From Macrostomum hystrix (lineage: Eukaryota; Animalia; Platyhelminthes): a DNA stretch of 64,000 bases. A model generated the notes under the pieces. The model was not told the origin of the DNA. It worked only from the letters and a program-made list of their open reading frames with translations, and made no database searches. Where the stretch lies: contig CATNEN010000003.1 of assembly GCA_950097015.1 (NCBI GenBank), positions 4,030,001 to 4,094,000 of the forward strand, written 5' to 3'. A program made the translations under genes and the position numbers. Positions 49,876 to 61,138 of the stretch are shown here, piece after piece. Every line of letters starts with the position of its first letter. Within the stretch, counting starts at the first letter, position 1.

Positions 49876-50659
49876 AAATCCAAAATAGGAAAATAAAATA
49901 GGAAAATAACACATCTATCGTGCAATGACACTACTGGTGCTATCTATTGCACCACTCAGCAATTAGCTCTATATGGACACAGGAAAACAATGAATATTTG
50001 AGTCGTACTCAATCTGGAACTTCAGTATTTCAGTATTCAGTAAACCGAAAGTTGAGTATTACGGATATTGACGTATCCAGAAAAATACTTTTCGTTCGAA
50101 AACGGCCGTTTCTGCCGGATAGAAAACCGGGATTAAAGGTCAGACGAGCATTTTAGGTACAATGTATCATGCCTAACTCTTGCTACACTCATTTTCGATC
50201 TTATTGGACACCATTCCGGTAATTGTTGAAAATAGCAATGGTGTATTTTGAGAGATCTGCTCAGTTTTATCCACTGAGTCGACCACGAATGGATCGCAAA
50301 AAGGAGCCAGGTCGCTTCTGTTGCCTCTTGTCTATTTTATTATTTAATTTCTTTCGACTTCATAAAGACAAGCCGAAGTGTTGTGCTCAAGTAATTGAGA
50401 TGAGACGAGATGCAAGCAATCGTAACACTTTGAAAGGGAAGGCACGACATGAAAAATACGCATTTTTAACCAAAAACTGTAAATTTTAGCGTGTTAAGCC
50501 TTACGTTGGGCTCGAAGTATTTCTATAACCAAATTTTGCTGCTTCTAAAAAACCCGTAAATTAAAAATACAATAACTGATGAAAATGACTCTTTTAAATA
50601 GACGTGATTGACTACTAGTGCTGTTAAAGTACTAAGTCGATCTGGCGATTAATAACGGT

Positions 50660-51300
50660 GTTGGGGATCGGAGCCGGGGGTCGGGTTCTGGCGCCTCCCT
50701 GTTTGACCAGGGAGTCAGCAAGCTCGTTTCCAAGAAAATCAGCATGTCGAATTCGAGCATTCGCTCGAATTCAGCATTCGAGCAAAACGGCGTTTTTACC
50801 AGCCAGTTTGTTAAGTAGCCGGGCACAATCACAGACAGTCCGAAATGATGGTCCTGTCTGAGATTTTTTCGCTCAGCTCCGCAGCGCTGTAGCTGATTGC
50901 CAGGACTTCGCTCTGAAAAACACTAGACTATTTCCCAGTGTGTTGGGCGAGTGTGGCAAGATCCAGAAGCCAGCATTGCCGTCCTTTTTTAACTCATCCG
51001 TGGACCTCCTGCGCACTCCGGTGGTCACTTGCTTGAATACCGGTGGTGATGAAAGCCTTAAGACGCTGCAGGAGGTTGAATGTGTGCGGTTAAGCATCAG
51101 TTACGACAGTGATTCCGTTGCAGGTCCCCAGATCTCTCAGGCAGAGGTCCGTGTGTGGTAAGAGCTTTCGCCTCGTTGCTGTTTCATGTGGATGAAGCCC
51201 ACCCAGGCGTCAAGAAGGCGCCGGGCGGTTCGCAGCAGCCTCACCGCCGATATAAGTATCGAGCGGTAGGGTATTGATTAATCCGTTGAGGCCGTTAGGT
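50660..51300 (-). mobile_element. Non-LTR retrotransposon RNase H relic
   Basis: Across shifted minus frames, in the expected order: TDELKKDGNAG (cf. TDGSK), SVFQSEVLAI, IISDC, HADFLGNELADSLVKQG. Confidence 0.7.
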
Positions 51301-51965
51301 CGGGCAGATGGGACAGCGTGGAGGGATGGTATGACCCAAGTAGGACACGCAAATTCACTTTTAAATTAAAGCACATACATCCTATTTATACTACTAGCAT
51401 AAATTCGTTCATGGAAATTTGCTTTTTTGATAAAATTGTTCATCTAAACTCTCGCCCAATAAAGAACCATTCCTCTACAAGAGAATCAATTGTGTACAAG
51501 CTCTATATATCGCTATGCTGAATGAGAAACTGTACAGTTAATGTGCACTCTTACATTCTCGGCTGTTGCAGAAAAGTCAGAATAAAAAATGTACACGCGC
51601 TTTTCGTCCATTGTGCCATTATCGTGTTTGTATTGCTGAGTACTTTCGGAAAGCAAAGCTTGCATTATTGTGTGAATTGAGAGACAAGCCGTTAACAGTG
51701 GCATTTAAAACAAATTTGTAGTAGCTCGTAAATTAAAAATATTGCTATGAAAATCGGCAAATAAATATTTGTTGTCTTACAGTTTTTTGATTGAAATAGC
51801 CTTCTAAACAAGTGAAAGTTTCATTGATTGATTTGGAAAATTCTAGAAATTTCTCGATCACTGCCTTAGTTCTGCGAGTATATAGGCAAAAAACTTCTTT
51901 TGATTTCCATTTCCTAATCTTTCTAATCCGTTTGAGTAAAGTTAGAGATCGTTATTGAGCAGGTC

Positions 51966-54383
51966 ATGAACAAACTCGATATTGCTGTAGCACTCATTCT
52001 GCTCCTGAGCCAATTGTAAGTATGCAACTTAGTTTGTAGACTGCGCTTTAGACTAGTAAACTAGTATTTAGTATTTTAGTATTTAGTATTTAGTATTTAG
52101 TATTTAGTATTTTAGTATTTTAGTAATTACTAGTAGTATTTAGTTTTGAAGTTTTTTAGTATTTTCAACGTTTTTTCCCGATCCATTAAGAAGCTCACAC
52201 AATCTCATGCATAACTCAGATCATCACTACTCACACAATCTCATGCATAACACAGATCATCACTACTCACACAATCTCATGCATAACTCAGATTATCACT
52301 ACTCACACAATCTCATGCATAACTCAGATTATCACTACTCACACAATCTCATGCATAACTCAGATTATCACTACTCACACAATCTCATGCATAACTCAGA
52401 TTATCACTACTCACACAATCTCATGCATAACTCAGATTATCACTACTCACACAATCTCATGCATAACTCAGATCATCACTACTCACACAATCTCATGCAT
52501 AACTCAGATCATCACTACTCACACAATCTCATGCATAACTCAGATCATCACTACTCACACAATCTCATGCATAACTCAGATTATCACTACTCACACAATC
52601 TCATGCATAACTCAGATCATCACTACTCACACAATCTCATGCATAACTCAGATCATCACTACTCACACAATCTCATGCATAACTCAGATCATCACTACTC
52701 ACACAATCTCATGCATAACTCAGATCATCACTACTCACACAATCTCATGCATTATTCAAGTAATTTTACTGCTCACAATTGCTCAATATTATATTCTCAT
52801 TTTCAAATGATCTTAGACCATATAGAATGCTTGTTGTCTGAAGTCAGTTCTGTAAAGTGTTGAGATGAATTTACTTTGAATTGAATTGTTTCGTTTCGAC
52901 ACTGTTTTTCAGAGCTCAAGCCAAGATAAACTACTTCCCTAGCGATGATACTAGTCTTGAACTTCAGCTAGTGCTGAGCTCTAGTGAGACCTTGCTGACT
53001 AGAAGCACAGACCAGAAACAGCTCAGTGCAAACGAGACGCGCAGCACTATTGTGAAGCTACCATCAACTCAAGCGCCTCTGAACCTCATCGTCACAATTG
53101 CAAGAGAACACTCAAGTGGAGAACAGGCGAGAAACTCTGACGGATGGAAGGGCGATTGGCACCTTAATCTCCAGCTAATTTATGGTAGTAGATGACGAAA
53201 AATTTCTGATCTAAAAACAAAAACTCCCAAAACGACCTCTAACAACATCCCGATACTTTGCTCACTAGGCTCGAACTACAACAAGTCCTGGACGAGTCGA
53301 GACCAACTAACCAATGTTCCGCACATTATTCCCGTATTCAACAGGTTAGAACTCTCTTTGTTGCCATTTACTGGACAGTTTTGATTATTTTTATTCACCC
53401 ATTTCCCCCAATATTTACGACTCTGAACAGTTCCCAGCTGCAGCTAATCGTCACATTCTCGACGGGCGGCCTGAACGAGAACGTCAGCCATGCTGCATTA
53501 AAAATCAACTTCGAAATCGCCATGAAGGGATCCTGTGGCAAGAGCTTCCTGCGGCATCGTTCCCGCTGTTATTTTGTGTCCGACAAGAACTTGGAGCTGT
53601 CAGACCTGAGCGGGACTGGTGTTGAGCTGGCTGGGATCTCTGGCTTTGAGCAGCTGAATGAGCTCTTGAGAGACAGTGAGTTCTCTAACCCTTTGGGCAT
53701 AAATTTAATCTGCTTCTGTATTCGAACCAATTTTTGTGCAATCGTTGCAGATGAAGACTTGTCCCAGCATAGCAAGCCGCTGGACTTTAGCGAGCCAGTT
53801 TGCCTCGGAGTGTTTCAATGCTCAGTCAGTGAGCAGCTTCACTACTGGAACTTCAGCAATGGCTCCTGCTCCCCTGAGCAGTTTAACTCGACTGATGATG
53901 AGAATAGGACGCTAGAGAAGCAAGTGCCTTTCATTTTTGAATTGATAGTAATTTATTGACTAATTCAGAATATTTTCCTCAATCATCTGCAGAGTCCAAT
54001 CGCAGGGAAAACTCGACAGATGCCTAGCTGTGAAGTCCACTGGCAGAGAGCGTCCGGAGTACATGCTCTTGGACTGGAAGAAGTCATCAAGAAAGCTGCT
54101 GAGCTTTGAGCAAGCACCAAGCGATGGCATTTCCAAAATTAACTGCTTCAATGACATTGCGGCATTTTGTTCAAATAGAAGCTCTACATACAGCATTTTA
54201 TTTATCGACCTTTTACGAGTATTTATCATTCTAGTGTCACTCGTACTGATTGTATTGGTTGCCTGCCAAATCCATGCCAAGATTGTGAACAATCGATCAT
54301 ACAGGCCTGTACAAATGCAGATTAATCGCGGCAATCAAGACCATGTGACCGACACCTCAATCTCAGTTTGCTGTGTGGAGTAA
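51966..54383 (+). CDS. Paralogue 6 (divergent; CUB-like region lacks cysteines)
   Basis: Exons 51966-52015 (MNKLDIAVALILLLSQL, GTAAGT donor), 52913-53184, 53269-53344, 53431-53675, 53751-53919 (GC donor inferred), 53993-54383; 400 aa open. TM VFIILVSLVLIVLVAC; tail contains YRPV. Confidence 0.78.
52060..52753. repeat. (TAGTATT)n microsatellite followed by a 36-bp minisatellite (CTCACACAATCTCATGCATAACTCAGAT[C/T]ATCACTA)
   Basis: 7-mer at about 52060-52145; about 15 units of the 36-mer at 52194-52753. Both lie in intron 1 of paralogue 6. Confidence 0.93.
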
Positions 54384-54929
54384 CTCAATTATCTGTTACA
54401 GGCTTTTATACTCTGTTAGTTGTCCCATGGTAGCTAAACATTTTGGTCACTAAATTTGCGCCTCTTGTAGCCAAAGATCTACTCTCTCCCTGTCTCAATC
54501 TCAGCGAATCTCAAACGAACGAATGGATCAAGATCACGCATAAGAGTAAATGCAGATCCAGAATGCATTGCTATACTACGTGCTTCGGTCGTTTAAATGC
54601 AATTCCCGCTAGTCCAGCATATCCATTTCATTGCAGTTTTGTGTTTTTAGACGCTAGTTTTTTATATAAGTCAGTAGCTCGGCAGTATTGATATTGTTTT
54701 ACAATTTTCTAGCCATGACGATCAAAAGACTTTGACACCATCTCATAATCTGCAAATTTGTTTTTCGTATTAGTCCAAATTTTCACCTGGACCTTAAATA
54801 AAATTACATTTAATAACTTGAATTCCGTGTCGTCTAGTGATCCTAACCAAGAAATTTAATTTTCAACTTAGGATATCGTGCACTGTTCTTAACATGTTAG
54901 ACACAAGTCCTAACATAAAAGACAAGATA

Positions 54930-55545
54930 CTCAGCTGTTAGACAAGTGTCTCACCTGTTAGACAAGAGTCCCAGCTGTTAGACAAGAGTCCCAGCTGTTA
55001 GTCAACTGTTAGACAAGAGTCTCAGCTGTTAGACAAGAGTCCCGGCTGTTAGACAAGAGTCCTAGCTGTTAGACAAGAGTCCCGGCTGTTAGACAAGAGT
55101 CCTAGCTGTTAGACAAGAGTCCCGGCTGTTAGACAAGAGTCCTAGCTGTTAGACAAGAGTCTCAGCTGTTAGACAAGAGTCCCGGCTGTTAGACAAGTGT
55201 CTCAGCTGTTAAACAAGAGCCCCAGCTGTTAAACAAGAGTCCCAGCTGTTAGACAAGAGTCCCAGCTGTTAGACAAGAGTCCCGGCTGTTAAACAAGAGT
55301 CCCGGCTGTTAAACAAGAGCCCCAGCTGTTAGACAAGAGTCCCAGCTGTTAGAAAAGAGTCCTAGGTGTTAGACAAGAGTCCTAGCTGTTAGACAAGAGT
55401 CCCAGCTGTTAGAAAAGAGTCCTAGCTGTTAGACAAGAGTCCCAGCTGTTAGAAAAGAGTCCTAGCTGTTAGACAAGAGTCCTAGCTGTTAGAAAAGAGT
55501 TCTAGCTGTTAGACAAGAGTCCTAGGTGTTAGACAAGATTCCCAG
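54930..55545. repeat. 20-bp minisatellite (CAGCTGTTAGACAAGAGTCC), left arm
   Basis: About 30 units; the same unit resumes at 58404-58542. Confidence 0.95.
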
Positions 55546-55555
55546 TGTAGCACAG

Positions 55556-58403
55556 TGTTCATGTACCATATGCTTTGACCTACACACGCTCCTTCTCTTA
55601 CTCTCTCCAAAGTGCCGTTCAAACCTGAGACCCAAAATAATGTACAATTTGGCTCTCCAATATTCCGTAATAACAGCTCACGCACTCTGAACTTCAATGC
55701 AATAAATATCGATGCTAAAGCCTCTTATAGGGGCGAATTATTAATTCATTCAGCTTGCCAATATCTGAATAAATATACAAACATATTGTTGCCTCGGACT
55801 CGCAAAACAAACACAAAGTACGGGTGTCAAGACAAATCAAATGAGATTTTAGTCAACTGAGTTTATTGTTTCATTAAGAAAAGCATACGCTTCAAATCAG
55901 AAAGATGCATGTCGCTAATAAGTTGATTGGGGTTGGGAAAAGAGAGAGAGAGTGTGGGGAGGGGTTCATACGTGTTCATACTGATCTCAAGTAGAAACAG
56001 GCATAACAATTGACGAAGCCTTCTCAACATTCCCCCTTCCTGACATAAGATGTCAGCAACAAGCAAACCGAAAGAAGCCTAAAAGCAGAAGAAAGCAGAA
56101 ATCAACATTCGAAAAGGCAATTAGTTTAACAACCGACCACCAGAGACAAGATTCCGAAAGTTACCGGTAATTAAATAGGTAAATATTATTTTTTGTAACA
56201 AAAACAAAAACACAAAAATGGTAACAATAACAACTATAAAAAATCATTTTGCGGTAAAAAAATAGGCAGATAATAAACTGAAGTACGAGTACAAAAAATG
56301 TACAAATTAATTTTGTTCTCGTTTAAACGCATAAAGCAAACATCGCGCTGTTAGTATTTCAATCCAAAGACGAAAAATTGCAAAAAGAGAATCCTGCAAC
56401 TATTCAAAATAAAAAACCCACCGGAACACCGAATCAAATTTAAGCAAAAGTAATGAAAAAAAGATAGTGAGATGACTCAATAAAACGCTTGAAAAATACG
56501 CAATGATTGAAAACCTCCGCCTATAAAGTTAAACAAAATAAGAAACTCTCTGCCGAAACTAAAAAAAACCGCATAATCTCACAAAACAAAGGCTGAGTAA
56601 AAAAAGAAATATTTAATTCGAATGAAAAGCAAGATCTCGCATGACAGATTCAACGTATAATAAAGGTAATCGACTAAACAGCCACTTTCAGTCACAGTCA
56701 AAATCACTCACCCAGTTCTCGGTGCCTCAATGACACAGCTTGGACAGGCCGCACCAGATCCGACTGACCGACTTGAACCTTGGCCACGCGTACTCGTCCG
56801 TCTTGGCCGGGGAACACCGAAGCGACCCGTCCGAGCGGTCAGTGACCTCGCGGCACATCGGGCTTGAGGACCAGCACGACATCGTTCACTTGCAGGTCTC
56901 TCTGTCGGTCGATCCACTTTGACCTTGGCTGCAGACCAGGTAGCCACTCTCGCATCCATCGTCGCCACACATGCGTAACGAGTTCCTGTACACGCTGCTA
57001 ACGCCGCCTCGGATTGGACGCAACGTCCTCGGACACGTCTGGCGCGAACTGGCCTCCGGCTTTTCCATGCAGGAAGTGCTTGGGCGTCAGAGGCGACTCG
57101 TCCATCGGGTTGGCCGTCTGGTACGTGATTGGGCGTGAGTTGATGAGCGCCTCCGCTCCGGTGGTGGCTGAGTTCAGCTCCTCATCATTCACATCTGCAT
57201 TGCCGAGGATTGCGCTCAGCGCCCACTTTGCTGCGCGGATCATTACTTCGTGTGCTCCGCCGAAGTGTGGCGCTGCGGGTGGCTGGAAGCTCCCCTTGAC
57301 GCCGTGCGCTGCTGTGACCTGCTGCACTTTGGCCTTGTTCACGCTTTCCAGCTGCTGAAGCTCCTCTGCTCCTTTGACGAAGTTGCCTCCGTTATCCGAA
57401 TGATGACCTTTGGCAGTCCTCGACGGTTCACCATGCGATGGAATGCGTTAAGAAATGAGTCCGTTTCGAGCCCGTAGGTCATCTCCAGGTGCACGGCACG
57501 TGTCTCTAGGCATATGAACAGGGCTATGTAGCGCTTCTGACGTCGCTTGCCGCGCCCTTGCACCGTGGTGAATGGACCGCCCATGTCGACTGCCACATGT
57601 GTGAATGCTTTTAGCGAGAAAGCCAGCCGCTTCCTGCAGACCGTGCACTCTAGCTCCCACTGGCGAATCGCTTCTCTCGCTCCGATCATCCAGTACCTCG
57701 ATGCCATCGCGGCCAACACATCGTTCGTGCCACCATGCGCTCGGTCTTCGTGAAACTTCTTGATGTCTCGCTTTGAATGGCAGCTGCTGTCCGAACTTCA
57801 GGCGACCGTCAACACGCATTACTCCTGACGGATCCTTCACTGGCTGCAGGGACTGTAGCTTCTTGTCAATGCAGCTCTGCCGGCTGAATGATTCGTCTTC
57901 TACTAGTTTTACGAGCCGCTCTTCCACATCCTCTAACTCATCCACCGTCAGCTCGCCGCTCACTCGTAGCTCTGGAGTCTTTCGGCAATTTCTCAAGAAA
58001 CGCAGCATATAGGCCGTAACTCGCTACAGCCTTCTGAAGTCCGAGAACCGAGATAGCTCCAGGCGCCATCCTTTGTCTGCGACCGCCACTTCCGCGACAT
58101 GCGTCCGCTCCTGATGCTGCTCACCCGAAGCCATAGCAACCAATCCTTCGCGTTTCTTGGAAACCTCAGCTTCAACCGGCATGAGTGGCATTGGCTTTCC
58201 GGCCAGCTCTTTTCCTTCTGCAGCAGAAGCTCTGGTCCATCGAGCCAACATCGCAGGTTGGGCAGCTCGGCTGCGCTGCAGCCACTGGAAACAATGTCGG
58301 CTGGATTCAGCTTCGTCGGCACATACCGCCACTGATTTTTCTGAACCTCTTGCTGACCTCTTGCTGAAAGAGAGCGATTCGGTTTGCTACGAACGGCTTG
58401 GTT
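55556..58403 (-). mobile_element. BEL/Pao LTR retrotransposon, 5'-truncated and defective
   Basis: Motifs WRYVPTKLNPAD, GVMRVDGRL, RYWMIGAR...CTVC, VDMGGPF, CLETRAVHLE, RRGLP, PPAAPHFGG, INSRPIT and LTPKHFL. PPT GGAAGGGGGA at 56031-56040 adjoins a TGTT-starting 3' LTR (56029 to about 55556). Confidence 0.92.
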
Positions 58404-58542
58404 CAGCTGTTAGACAAGAGTCCTATCTGTTAGACAAGAGCCCCAGCTGTTAGACAAGAGTCCCAGCTGTTAGAGTTAGACAAGAGTCTCAGCTGTTAGA
58501 CAAGAGTCCTATCTGTTAGACAAGAGTCCCAGCTATTAGACA
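58404..58542. repeat. 20-bp minisatellite, right arm
   Basis: Same unit as 54930-55545. Confidence 0.9.
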
Positions 58543-59004
58543 CGATCGCAATAGATAGAAATTGTTAACTTAGACACTTTGCAATGGCTCTAGTGCATGC
58601 CCAATGTACACTGCACTACTGCACTGGAGGTTAAAGCATCTGCAGCTTGAGAACGGATGGCGAGTCATAAAAGTACCTACTCCATTGTTCTTCAACCAGC
58701 TGCAGCAGGCGCAACTCTGCGGCAACGTCAGCAGTGCATAAGTGTAGTTGTACGCGAAGTACGTACATTGAGTAGCTTGTCTCTAGTTAAAGTCATCATC
58801 GCTGGCATAAAATGCTGATACTAATTGTGATCTTCTCAATTTACCTTTGACCAAGCCGCCAGACTATTAAGACTCTCGGTTGTCAGTTTTATTTTATTAC
58901 TTCAAAAGTATGAAATAATTTAAATTTTTATTTTCTTCCGTAGAAAATTATTTTCTTCTTCCAAAGTAATAGAACAGAAACTACGTGTTTTTTGGTCTGA
59001 AAAT

Positions 59005-61138
59005 ATGTATTTTAGCCGCATGTACCTGTTGGTTTTGAGCTGTGTAATTTATATTCAAGGGTAAGTCTGTAAGCTGATGTGGTATTAATTTATGTGCATC
59101 TCTATTTATGTACTTAAGTAATTGAAACATTAAGTAATTAAGTAATTGAGTAATTTGAAGTAATTAAAGTAATTAAATGGTCAGATTTAGCTGACTCACA
59201 TCTGTTACCACCAGATGTCAGATGGTCAGATTTATCTGACTCACATCTGTTACCACCAGTTGTCAGATGGTCAGATTTATCTGACTCACATCTGTTACCA
59301 CCAGTTGTCAGATGGTCAGATTTATCTGACTCACATCTGTTACCACCAGTTGTCAGATGGTCAGATTTATCTGACTCACATCTGTTACCACCAGTTGTCA
59401 GATGGTCAGATTTATCTGACTCACATCTGTTAACACCAGTTGTCAGATGGTCAGATTTATCTGACTCACATCTGTTACCACCAGTTGTCAGATGGTCAGA
59501 TTTATCTGACTCACATCTGTTAACACCAGTTGTCAGATGGTCAGATTTATCTGACTCACATCTGTTACCACCAGTTGTCAGATGGTCAGATTTAGCTGAC
59601 TCACATCTGTTACCACCAGTTGTCAGATGGTCAGATTTATCTGACTCACATCTGTTACCACCAGTTGTCAGATGGTCAGAATTAACTGTCAGATAACTTA
59701 TAGCTGGCATCCGACTCGCATTTCAGAGCTGTCGCTAAAAACTATTACTGTCATGATGGTGGACAGGTAAGTTTTTCCATGGAACTTAACTCGTCGCAGC
59801 AACTGATTTTTTTGGTCCGGGATGAAAGTCAGTTCAGTGCATCTCAGAAGTGCTTGTACACTGTGAATTTACCAATGAAGTCGGAACCTTCTGCACAGCT
59901 GCTTGTATGGATCAAGGTCTCGAACAGCGGCATCTTTTCACCAGGCGCACAGAGTGTTGGCTGTGATTGGCAGCTAAATATTTCTCACGAGGGTAAGCTG
60001 AAATGATGGAAATAGTATCAATGCTTCTCAGATACAACTTTGAACCAACCAATCAGACTGCAGACATACACATGGTGCGCTAATAAATTACTGCAGATTC
60101 GAGAAACAGCATGACGTGGACGAATGCTGACCGACTGCCTCCGATTCCGCTAATTTCTCCCCTGTCCAATAGGTGAGTGAAGAATTTCAGTAGTCTGTAA
60201 CTATTCAGCACGTCAGCGCGCCCGAACTGCCCGCAGCTCGCAGAAGCTGATCGTCAGATTCTCCACGGGCGCTTCAAAGCCAAGCGCCAGCTGCAATCTC
60301 ATCAATCTGAGTATCGACATCGTCAGCCAGGGATTCTGCGGCGGGAACATGCTGCTGCATCGACATCGCTGCCTCTTTGTCTCCGACCAGAAGCTGGAGC
60401 TGTCAGACCTGACTGGGACTGGAGCTGAACTCGCTGGCATCTCCGGTTTTGAGCAGCTGAATGAGCTTCTAAGAGACAGTGAGTGCTTTGCCTCTTCTCG
60501 CCTGAGCTTTGTTTTTATTCTGGATTCCGAATGCATGGATTTACGACCATTGCAGATGAGCTCAAAGGGATGGGTTCATTAGCCCAGTCATTGGATCTCG
60601 TGAGCAGCTATGTGAGAATCGGAGTGTTCCGTTGCGCCGACCTGCAGGTTCCCCGATATTTCAGCTCAACAATTCACGATATTAACCCATGCGGTCGAGG
60701 GCGATTCAACCTGACAGGATTTGACCTAAATGAGCAGATTGAAAGGTGAAATGCTGCATGGTGTACTCTTTTGTGTTCAAGAAAAATCGGATACTAGTAC
60801 TGAGATTTGCCTTTGATTTCAATTTCAGCATCGCCAAGGATTCATCTTGGACCCTCAAGTGCGCTTCCGTGAAGGCTTCCAGCGACGGGAAAATCAGTTT
60901 GGTGTTCTCGAACTGCAGTCAGCCAATGAGATCCCTACTCAGCTTTCTTCCTGCGACGTCATCTGCGCTGACCACAGAAAATGTTCGCACAAGCTGCTTG
61001 GAGCCATTTCAGAAACTGTGCAGCTCTCCTCCGCTGAGTGACGAAACAGGTTTTACTTGCGACACGGGGCGCAATTTAATAATCTCTCTAATGGTCGTAA
61101 TTTGTATTTGTCTGGTCAACAGCCAGTGGCTTAGATAG
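59005..61138 (+). CDS. Paralogue 7 (divergent; short hydrophobic C-terminus)
   Basis: Exons 59005-59060 (MYFSRMYLLVLSCVIYIQG, GTAAGT donor), 59727-59992, 60097-60172, 60237-60478, 60556-60745, 60829-61138; all GT-AG, phases 2,1,2,1,2, 379 aa open. Ends LIISLMVVICICLVNSQWLR. Confidence 0.82.
59177..59681. repeat. 45-bp minisatellite (GATGGTCAGATTTATCTGACTCACATCTGTTACCACCAGTTGTCA)
   Basis: About 11 units in intron 1 of paralogue 7; related to the array at 45050-45790. Confidence 0.95.

Noticed and set aside
52207-52863. His-rich repeat protein ORF (MHNSDHHYSHNL)n
   Set aside because: It is a 36-bp satellite inside intron 1 of paralogue 6, between a strong donor (52016) and acceptor (52912).
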